Positions 1 through 10,339 of a stretch of DNA of 64,000 nucleotides are shown here, piece after piece. The stretch is from Nageia nagi. Taxonomy: Eukaryota; Plantae; Pinophyta. Position 1 is the first letter of the stretch. Each line of letters starts with the position of its first letter. Made by a program: the position numbers and the translations under genes. Under the pieces are notes generated by a model. The model was not told where the DNA came from. It saw only the letters and a list, made by a program, of their open reading frames with translations, and did no database searches. Location: the NCBI GenBank assembly GCA_050084985.1, contig JBITNC010000001.1:141236001-141300000 (forward strand). Reading direction: 5' to 3'.

Positions 1-89
1 GCTTTTGAAGTTGAATGAGAAGGTAGGCTTGGATTCTAGGGCTTTGCATGATCAGCTATTAAAGCCAGGAGAGAATTTTAGGAGCCAAA

Positions 90-500
90 ACAAGGCATGA
101 GGAAAGATCTGGCCTCTGGCCTTCCAATGAGAATAAAGATTCAATACATGATTTGAAGGTAGTTGAGAAGGACAATAAAATAACACAAATTTCAGAAGAA
201 ATTGTGAAGTATATTGTAGATTTTGAGAGGCGTGCACTAGTGATCTCGATGAAGTCATAGGGGGCATAATGGATTGCGCTCACATCTCCTAAATTAGCAT
301 CACCTTCACAGCCTTTGCTTAGAGCGACTTTTTCAGAGTTTGGCTTGAGGCAGTTTGCTCGGTTGCCTATGAATCCAGCAATAACATTGTGATTAATCGC
401 TAGGGTAATGTATTTATCTATCATCATTATGGCTATAGGAGTAAAGATGAAAACCCATGTGGTATTTGGAATTGGAACATGGCTATTTGGATAGGTACAC
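90..500 (+). pseudogene. Degenerate LINE ORF1 (DUF4283-like) remnant
   Basis: Broken + frames give EEIVKYIVDFERRALVI and GNVFIY...KDENPCGIWNWN, resembling plant LINE ORF1 N-terminal motifs; contains stops and frameshifts. Confidence 0.35.
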
Positions 501-3137
501 TACAAATACACCTTGAGTTGCACAAAACGTGGAAACGTTTCCAAGTTTCGGAAATGAGTACGCGTGGAAACGTGCCCCGCCCAAATGGGCATGAAATGTG
601 GAAATACTATATATATATATATATAAACAACATTTTAGAAGCATCACCATGTTTATCTTAAATACCATAGATGATTACATGATCCAAAATTAGCCTTTAT
701 ACATGGCTGGTCCTGGTACACATGAAATAAAACAGTCCTAAAGACATAACAGAGCTGGAAATGAAAAAAATTCAGAACTAAAGGCAGTCTGATCAGAATT
801 ACATATTATGATAATCAATCATCCTCATCATCAAAAATTGAACAAGATGCTTGTTCAATAGATCCTGTGCATGCAATGGAAGAAGAGGCAGCTCCGCTTC
901 TGCTTGCAATTGCAACACTAGGATCACCAATGTCAACAGCAGCAAGAGAGAGATAATAAGCCTGGGTTCTTTAGATCCAATTCCCAATCTTTATGAGGCC
1001 CACTTGTATATTCTTCACCCCTATGAGACAGAAGACGTAGGTTGTTATGCACATATACAAGATCCTCAGCGTTCTGTGATCCCTACCTATTTCAATATAT
1101 GTAATAATAATTACATTACAATCATCTTCCATATAAATTTTAATACCAGTAGTTTCACATTAAAATTCATAGTTACACAAACTTAAAAATTTAAAATCCA
1201 AATTTCAAGTAAATTTTTAAATACTTGTTCCTCTTCACAAAATGAATCCAACCATAGCTGCTCCAATTCCTTTCGGCTGATGAAGAACTTGCCACTTGTG
1301 ATGGAATACGAGTGGCAATGTTTTGCTAATATACTCCACTTGCCCCATGACAAGTCCACCATTTAATTGGGTTCATAGTCCTCCTCTCAACTAAAGATGG
1401 TATGTTTGCAAAATCCTCCAAACCAGCAACAATAAAAGCAAATTCTTTCCTCACTTTAGTTTGTATATCAGCTAGAAACAACCTAAGGAAAGTCTTCTTT
1501 ACTCCAATTGCCACCTCCTTGTCGTTGTGCGGGGCCTTCCTCTTCCCATTACTTTGAGCAATGAGTTCTTCATCATAAAATCTTGGGATTAGAACATGTC
1601 CCAAATAGTGCTATGGAGTGTCAAATCCATTCCACCTCGTAACCATGATGGTCCTCAGCTGCTCTGCATAATCAATATTAACAAAATAAAGAGTACGAGC
1701 CTCTTGTGTAATAATGTCCATGGTTTTCTCAACCATGGTATCCATACCATCATAAACCTCTCCCAAGAAAGGTCTCTTTGTGTTTGCTTCTCGAAGAAGC
1801 TCAAAGAAAGGTGATGTGAACTTGATCAAGAAATCTATCTTGATCCACCAATCCTCATCAATCAAGGTCCTCCACACCATAGCTCCCCTCTCTGAATCTG
1901 ACTGTCTCCACTGAGCCCAAGTAGCACCCACCACCATACTCATCAATGCTGATTTCACATGAACAAGCCGCCTCAACATGATGACGTTTGAGGCATATCT
2001 TGTCTCAAAAATTTTGAACAACTTCAATTTGGAGTATTCTCAAAATATTGCTCGAGGCAAGTGATGGTTAGTTATGAATTTAATGATCTCCCTTGCTTTA
2101 CCTATGAGCTCCTTGATCCATTTAGTTTTAGACTCAATCTCTTCTAAAATCAAATATAATTTATGTACAATGCATGGAGTCCAAAAACTATGGTTGTATC
2201 TACTCTCAACAATCAAATCAGTAGCTTCGCAAATAGGTGCAATCAGCATCTTCGCAAATAGGTGCATTACCAGTGATAACTTGCACATCTTTACTTGGGC
2301 CTACTTGCTCAAGGATTAGGCTATCCTCCAGGCAAATTCAATCACATACTTTGGGGGTATATCCTGTAAGTCTTGGGGGTATATACCTCAAATCAGCCAA
2401 AATCAATCAAGTTGGACAAATCAGGGCCAAAGTCAGCTAGATTCAAGAAGCCATTACCAATCCGAGCTTATTCCACCAATTTCCAACTGATTCTATACGC
2501 AACCCAAAGATGATATACCCCCAGAGTTTGTAATTAATTTGGTTGGAGTATAGTCTCTCCATTCTCAATGCCAGAAATTAAAATTTCAGCAATAAAATTA
2601 GAATCTTTTACCTTCCCTGAACAATCTTCAGCTTTAAAAAAAATTGCTCCTGAAGGTGATGCTGCAATGATATTAACCAATGGCCTATGTCTTGTATTAG
2701 TCCATCCATCAGAAATAATACACCCCTGATATGCTCCATGAGTTTCAAATGGGTTTTAAAACATCTTCAAGAAGATTCTTCTCTTTGTTGAGCAAAGTAG
2801 TTCTAACTTTTTCATAATTTGGTCCTTTAAAACCTTGAGGGGTTGTGTTAATTGTCCTCACTATATCCTGCCAATAAGGGGATCGAACCACATTGAATGG
2901 AATGTCACAAGCATAGATGGCCCTTGCAACTCTAGTCTCTGCATCTCTCTTGGCTGCTGAATATTTGATTAATCTGTTGTCTTTGCTTTGTGGATTAGAG
3001 GTGGATATGTCATCTTAAAGTGCTACCTTCCTCTTCCTTGCCTCATGTACAATCCTCGGTTCACTATTAGTAGCCAAGCGAGTATTTCCACTTTGGCCAA
3101 TCTTGCTTCTTTGTTCTTTCAGACTTTGTGCATCATC

Positions 3138-4019
3138 TGTAATGTCCCTGTTTGCGAATTTTCAGTAATTCCAACAATTAACAAAGAAAATGCAAGAATA
3201 CACCCAATATGGACGGCAAAGAATCAAATCTGAATATTTATTGCTCAAAATGATGAAGTACAATGCTCAACAAGCGTTCAAAGGGCCTCTAGGGCTGGAC
3301 AAATACTACAAAAGTTCAAAATGCAGGAACTATGACCAAAATGGCTCAATGTCTAGCTTATTGGCCAGATTTGGTGTCTCTACAAGCTGAATATGTCTCT
3401 CCAAGCCTGACATCACACTTCTGAGGCTACAACTAAATACTAAAGGTCTTCATAGGAGCTTGATGAGGCTCCACAATTAGCAGGAGCTTGATGAGGTTGC
3501 ACAACTGGCAGGAGCTTGATGAGGCTCCATCAAAGGGCATGAAAGCTTTATGAGGCTTCCAATCTAATGAACAAGAGTGGCAATGGCCAAATCTAACAAG
3601 AGAAAGTTCAAATGTACAAAGATATCCTCTAACCATACATCCACCTCCCTAAATAGCTGGACGTCACCCCTAGGAGCTAGACGTCACACCTAGGGATGTC
3701 TCCCTGTCCCTTGTGATCTCCAAACTTGGATGTTGCATCCTTGGGCTCAAGAATCGGCTTTGGGATCCACAAAATCACTCCTAGATGTCATAAAAATATT
3801 TCTAATTTACTCAAGAAGGGAGATGTCCCACTTGGGGCTTACAATTCGGTCCATGGGACCCATAACTTTCCTATCCTTGAGAATTAAATTAAATAATGAA
3901 GCATTCCTACACTTGTTAAAAGAGGGGCTTACAAATAAAATATCTCCTAAATTACAAATGACTCCTAATTAATACAAAAATATATTTTAATTGTGTAATT
4001 CCCATTTTGGTACATCACA
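3138..4019 (-). repeat. 3' LTR of the gypsy element (882 bp)
   Basis: Direct repeat of 7233-8085; TG...CA ends; adjacent to the PPT. Confidence 0.93.
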
Positions 4020-5222
4020 ATTTTGTCCTTCCTAAAATTGCTTTCCCTCAAGCAATTCCTGTATAAAAGGTACAAAATCTGGCCCTACATCATTGTCATC
4101 TTTCATGTCTTGCAAATGTGCTCTTGTCAATGGAGAAGGGTGTGAAGGCCCCCTCCTCATTCCAAGATATACCTCCCAAATCGTTCTTACTGCTGTCCTT
4201 GTTATTCCAAATAAGGTGATGAAAGAAACAAACATAAATCTGACCCCAAGCACAGACTTTCTTGCTGTCCATATCAATCCAAACCAATTGATGAGAAGAA
4301 ATCTAATCCCAAACATAGACTTCGCCTATTCAACCAAGGAAGATATCTCACGCATGTACCTCTTCAATACACCAAGCGTGGCCCCAAGGATGAACCAAGA
4401 GATGTTTCTCCATCCAAACGTGTGTGCAGCTGTCATTTCTGTCCAAAATGCAGTCTCTGATGTTATAACAGCAGTCAATATGATTATCAAAATCCCCAAT
4501 GTCATCCATAAAGGAGCCTCAAAAGATGGACAAAGCTGTCCCACCGTGGTCCCCATGAAGGCAGTCATTTTTTGCCCATGTGAAGCAGTCTTGACCAGCC
4601 AACAAGAATCAGACCTGATTACTCTTTCTGTCAACGAGAAAACAGTCTTAACTGTCTCCTATATAGTCTTGGCTATTAACTTCACAGCAAAAGAGGTTAG
4701 CATGCAGAGTGTAGACAAGACAGTCCACAAAAATACGAAAAATGCTAAAAGCAATTTGTTTTTTGTTGTCCATAATGTCCTCAGTGCGATGCACTTAGTT
4801 GTAACCGCCCCATGAAATGTTAGAATAGGAGTCCAACACATTGTGGCATATTTCTCCTTATTAACCCAAATGGCCACTTAAAAAAAACAACTAGGTGTAG
4901 AAAATGGGATCGAATACCTTGTTATTCCAGCAGTAAGGGACAACCATGTTCCCAACTTCATCTTCATGGAGGGGGTTGCTGAAGTGTCCCTAGCATGGCC
5001 CATCAAGTGTGCTGCTGCCCATGATGACTTTACTTGCTCCTTCTTGCATGTGCAAGTCCCCAAACTCATCCCTTCTACTCTGTGGGAAGACATTTGAGGA
5101 AAGTTCTCCTTGATTCCCTTTAGTGTGACCTCCTTGCTGCTTCAGTTGAACCTCATTTACAACGTTTGATAGTTGGAATATATCTCCCCTAGAGAGTACA
5201 ACCATCGAACTCCAAGGATCAT

Positions 5223-6322
5223 CTAAGGAGTTGCCCCCATGAGGTAGACATAGAATTCTTCTCTCACTACATGATCTTCAATCCTCACGCCCAATTTTTT
5301 GACAATTGTATCACAAATGGTGATTACTCCATTTGTGTTGGCTACCCTGAATCCCTCAAATCCTTTCGTTGGAAGGTTCTTCTTGGCAACAAATTGTTCA
5401 TCAATGTAATTATGGGTTGCTCCCCCATCAATCAAGACCAACACTTCTCCTATGGCCTTGCCACACACCTTCAAGGTAAAAATTATAGAAACACCTCTTG
5501 AAATGATGGCCAATGTCCTTTTGTAGGTGCTTGTGTGTGGATGTCCATGTTCTGGTTGTTTTGGATCTAGATCTCCAAGCTCCAATTCTAGATTTGAATC
5601 TTCTTCATACGAGATCACCTCAATCAAGTGAACCCCCCCCTTTCCTAAACAACAGTGACCACATTCCCATGTATTCTTGCAATTGAAAGACAAATTCTTC
5701 CTTCTCAACTTGCTACGGGTCTCCTTATCCAAGGTCTTAGCATTCAAACCTTTCCCAAATTGCAACGAACTCTTCTCCATGCTCACACCTCCCTTTTGTG
5801 ATGGTCCAAATGTGGTGGATTTGGACGTGGACGTCAATTGGGTCTTCCCCATAGATGGTTCTAGCGTCAATGCTCTTTTGATGGCATCCTGGAGAGACGT
5901 GGGGCCAAAAGCTTTCACCATTCCTTTCAATGGTTCTTCTAACCCTTCCATGAACATGAACCTCACCCTCTTATCCGAGACGTTAGGCACCATAATTGCG
6001 ATTCGTTGGACTCAACAATATATGATTCCACATTCCCCTTTTTCTTCACTGTGGCCAGATCCTGAAAGTATTCATCTTCATCTTTATGATCAAATCGGTT
6101 GATGAGTCTCTTGCCAAATGCATTGAAAGATCTGATTGAGCCATGGCCTTGCGTGGTTAAACCATGGTACCGCCAATCATGTGCTACACCATCCAGATAT
6201 AGTGTGGCAAATTGAATCGCATCTTCTTCAAACATAGGGTTGAGGGTGAAGTATGTTTGTAGTATTTGCATCCATGCTTTAGCCGTTATCTTCTCTCCTC
6301 CATTGTACATGGGAACTTGCAT
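5223..6322 (-). pseudogene. Gypsy gag-aspartic protease (frameshifted)
   Basis: VPMYNGGEKITAKAWMQ...FATLYLDGVAHDW (retrotransposon gag); RRKNLSFNCKNTWECGHCC (decayed zinc knuckle); VLIDGGATHNYID (protease). Confidence 0.88.
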
Positions 6323-7232
6323 TTTGCTTAGCCTCTGCTGTAGATTTCTCCTGTCTCCTCCATAATCCCCTACCTATGGGCATCCATCATCCATCTTCTT
6401 CCCCTTGATCCGTAGAAAACTCTCAAAATTCACGGTTAATTTGAATTATGAATCCATAGCTTGATCTGTTGGATAAGTGCATTCAACTCCATGGAATCCA
6501 CATGACTTGGATCCCTTGCTTGTCTTTCCTACCGTTGTATAAACATGGGCCTAGATGGCCATTGTATGGGTGGTTGATCCAGCTCTTTGGACAACTCATG
6601 AGTAATGTAGCCCTGTGCAAGCCATGGAGCACTCCTAAAGTCTTTCTCCCTTGATAAAAAATCCATGAATCCTGGCTGTACTTGCGTGGTATAGGCTTGC
6701 ACATGTGGTAGGGAGCTCCATCCTCCCCTTGGACCCAGTCGATCTCCTTATTCATCCTCTTTCTTCGAATCTCTTTCTCTTGCGTACCCACATCTGTGGA
6801 GTGATGGTGCCCTAGGCTCCTTTTCTTGCCTAGCTTCCCTTGTTGAGCTAGATCTTTGGATAAAAGGTGTTCTCTCTTCCATTTTTGGTGAAGGTTCATG
6901 AGCTCTTCTTTCTTGGGTGTTTGAGAAGCATTATGAGAATACCAATTGTGTCAATAGATCAATCAACAAATCAAACCTCTCTTTACTTTCTTTTGAAGCC
7001 GGGCTGAGGGATCTTCTTTTAACCGGAGGTGTTTTTACTTCTCTTGCGTCTCATCTTCCTTCCAAGGGTTATTTCCTCCCTCTGTGTGTCCAACCATCTC
7101 CTCTTGAATCTCCTCCGAATTCTCCTCTTGATGGGGATTGGATTCTGGATCCATCCTCTCTCTTCTGAGAATGGATCTATTGTTAAAGCAAGGTGACTTC
7201 TCAGGCTGGCTAGATCTTAGCTTTGATACCAT

Positions 7233-8085
7233 TGTAATGTCCCTTTTTAGGAATTTTCAGTAATTTCAACAATTATCAAAGAAATGCTAGAATACACCCA
7301 ATATGGATGCCAAAGAATAAGATCTGAATATTTATTGCTCAAAATGATGAAGTTCAATGCTCAACAAGCATCCAAAGGGCCTCTAGGGTTGGACAAATAC
7401 CACAAAAGCTCATAATGCAAGAACTTTGACCAAAATGGCCCAAGGTTTGGCTTACTAGCTAGATCTGGTGTCTCTACAAGATGAATATGTATCTCCAAGC
7501 CTGACGTCACACTTCTGAGGTTGCAACTGAATACTGAAGGTCTTCATAGGAGCTTGATGAGGCTCCACAACTGGAAGGAGCTTGATGAGTTTCCATTGAA
7601 GGGCATGAAAGCTTGATGAGGTTTCCGATCTAGACAAAAAAAGTGGCAATGGCCAAATCTAACAAGAGAAAGTTCAAATGTGCAAAGATATCCTCCAACC
7701 ATGCATCCACCACCCTAAATAGTTGGACGCCACCCCTAGGAGATAGACGTCACACCTAGGGATGTCCCCTTGCACCTTGTGATCTCCAAACTTGGACCAT
7801 GCATCCTTGGGCTCAAGACTCAGTTTCGGGATCCATAAAATCACTCCTAGATGTCATAAAAATATTTCTAATTTACTCAAGGAGGGAGATGTCCCACTTG
7901 GGGCTCACAATTTGGTCCATGGGACCCATAACTTTTCTATCCTTGAGAATTAAATTAAATAATAAATCATTCCTACTCTTATTAAAAGAGGGGCTTACAA
8001 ATAAAATATCTCCTAAATTACAAATGACTCCTAATTAATACAAAAATATATTTTAATTGTGTAATTCCCATTTTGGGACATTACA
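7233..8085 (-). repeat. 5' LTR of the gypsy element (853 bp)
   Basis: Direct repeat of 3138-4019; adjacent to the PBS. Confidence 0.93.
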
Positions 8086-8490
8086 TCATCACTCTTAGCT
8101 TTGAATTTGGCCCTCTCTAGTGCATTTTTGGTGAATGAACAACTATCAATTTCTTGAGCCCCTTCATTCAAAATATGAGCTTTGACTCTTGTGTAAGAGC
8201 CCTTGTATGTCTTCCCATTGTCACATAGCTTGCACCTCCATTCCCATGAACCCCCACCAGGTAGTTGTTTGATCTTGTTCACATACTTCTAGAGAGGATA
8301 GTATTTTGCTTGCCTACCTGCTTGAGAAGCTCTTGGGGCTGGAGAAGAGCCACTGTGAGAAGCCATGATACCTGCAATAACAAAGAAAGTGTGAGGAAAG
8401 TGTTGGCTGCCATGAAACCTGCAATAGTTGAACTGTTGAAGCTTTCAAATCTCCAAACTCTTCTTCTTGTTGCTTCTGTTGTAGAAAACC

Positions 8491-8976
8491 ATTCTTCTTG
8501 CTTTTGGAAAAGTGAGGAATGATGAAATGAAATGTAATAGGGTTTGTTTTATGCATAGTAGTGTTTAGTTAAATGTTTCATGAGGTTAGAATGGGACCCA
8601 CGACTTTTAGAAGGAGAAAAAAATAAAAAAATTGATTTTTTAAGTGCCTTTACACCTGAAATGCTGGCATGAGAGGGGGAAACGTGTTTCCAAATTGGGA
8701 AACCCCTTTCCATCTCGGGAAACATGATTCTGAAACATGATTCTTCTTGCTTTTGGAAAAGTGAGGAACGATGAAATGAAATGAAATAGGGTTTGTTTTA
8801 TGCATAGTAGTGTTTAGTTAAATGTTTCATGAGGTTAGAATGGGACCCACAACTTTTAGGAGGAGGAAAAAATAAAAAAATTGATTTTTTAAGTGCCTTT
8901 ACGCTTGAAATGCCGGCATGAGAGGGGGAAATGTGTTTCCAAATTGGGAAACCCCTTTCCTACTCGGGAAACACGT
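8491..8976. repeat. ~249-bp tandem duplication in the hAT subterminal region
   Basis: ATTCTTCTTGCTTTTGGAAAAGTGAGGAA... begins at 8491 and again at 8740; the copies are near-identical. Confidence 0.9.
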
Positions 8977-9554
8977 TTTCAAATTCATAAAAGTTCACCG
9001 AAATGCAAACTGGCATTTTGTGCCAGTTTCAGCATTTTGGAGGGTTTCCGAAACGGAAACTCTCTCTGGGGGAATTTCCTGCAACATAGAAATAATCTTT
9101 CTTTTAGAAGTCTAGAAATGATATACAGGTCCAGCTATAGGTAACTAAAAGTCTATATCCAGTATTAAAAGATGGACCAATTTTCTGACAGTTAAATCTA
9201 ATTGGCAGTTCAAGAAAAATTTTAAAGTTCATTTATCACTTATTTTCTTATTGGATATTTGTTTTTCCATCTGTATATATTGTTTCTGGAATTAACTACC
9301 AATCAGCAGTTGCCATCACAAACAGAATGTCAATGTGATGGAGGTGTACATAATCTTGAAAAAGGTTTCTAAACAATCTGCTTCCAGAGAAGAAAATTAA
9401 AATATACTTCCATGGTTTTCATTGCTTTTTTAGAAAGTGAAATCAATGCCCTGGAACTCCTTTGCTTTAAGACGCATTCTATGTAGAGGTATAGATTCAT
9501 GATTCATCATCTTAGATATAGTCATCACTTAGAATGTGTTCTTGGTCTTTGCAG

Positions 9555-10339
9555 ATTCTAGATATTGAATGGAAAAATGGAAGAGCACAGTTCAGTGTTT
9601 CCTTCATAGATGAAAATGGCAAAAGTGAGTTAGCTTTCTCCCAAACAGTAGTTTATTTCTTTAAATGGTAATATGTTCTTTTTTTAAGTAGAGCTCTCCA
9701 TGATCATTTGGATCTTTCTTAAGAAGCATTTGATTTTAGTTGTTCAAATTATCATGTGTATAGAGAATTTTTTGTTTTTGTTAATGAATTTCTCTTTGAA
9801 GTTGGTAAAATTCTTAAGAAGCATTAAGCATAATCTCTTCTAATGTAAAGTTAAGTGCAGACAGGAACTCAGTTATTGAAGAAGATTACACCAAGGACAT
9901 GGCATTAGTTGAAAATGGTCCTTCCATTCGACCAAGACCGCCAACTATGGTCTATCATGTTTCAGAAATTGGTGGAAACGAAGTTCATCCTTTAGTTAAA
10001 GACAGCTGGCAAGCTGGGGATATGGTAGAAGTGCGTTATGGAAGTTATTGGATACCTGGAAGGGTAGTTGAGATATCGTGTATCAAAGAAAAAATGGTGG
10101 GTGTTTTTTTTTTTTGGTGAAAATGTGGATCATTTGGTGACGTATATATTTGTTATTTCAGTGTTTGAAATACTGTTGAGACTAGATATTACATTAGTGG
10201 GATCTTATGCTAAATGGGATTGTTTTAGATATATTTTTATGATGGCTCAAGTATCAAAGTTGATTCAAGCGTGGAGATCAGGGCACAGGTTAACTGGATA
10301 GGAAAGAGCTGGTTTCTTGTCAATAATGACACACCTCAG
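9555..10339 (+). CDS. Agenet (plant Tudor-like) domain exons
   Basis: Spliced peptide ILDIEWKNGRAQFSVSF...IRPRPP...WQAGDMVEVRYGSYWIPGRVVEI...IYFYDG...EIRAQVNWIGKSW shows the IRPxPP, GDxVEV..W..GxV and LR...W..gkW hallmarks of tandem Agenet repeats. Confidence 0.8.

Larger units (their letters stand above)
3138..8085 (-). mobile_element. Non-autonomous Ty3/gypsy LTR retrotransposon (gag + protease only)
   Basis: LTRs 3138-4019 and 7233-8085 (TGTAATGTCCC...ACA); perfect 5-bp TSD TCATC (3133-3137, 8086-8090); PBS TGGTATCAAAGC (tRNA-iMet type) on - strand at ~7220-7231; PPT on - strand at ~4020-4035; gag at 5963-6322; protease VLIDGGATHNYID in ORF 5223-5993; no RT/RH/IN recognisable. Confidence 0.93.
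799..8330 (-). pseudogene. hAT transposase pseudogene (BED zinc finger, DUF659, C-terminal dimerisation region)
   Basis: BED finger WEWRCKLC...SYTRVKAH (8031-8282); SDGWTNTRHRPLVNIIAASPSGAIFLKAEDCSG (~2620-2720); WTPCIVH; FETRYAS; PIKWWTCHG. Multiple stops and frameshifts; split by the LTR element at 3138-8085. Confidence 0.9.
512..9089 (-). mobile_element. hAT DNA transposon (decayed), interrupted by a nested Ty3/gypsy
   Basis: Imperfect TIRs (CTTGAGTTGCA at 512; TGCAACATAG ending 9089); degenerate 8-bp TSD AAATACAC (504-511) / AAATAATC (9090-9097); GGAAAC/GTTTCC subterminal motifs at both ends; transposase relic inside. Confidence 0.85.
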
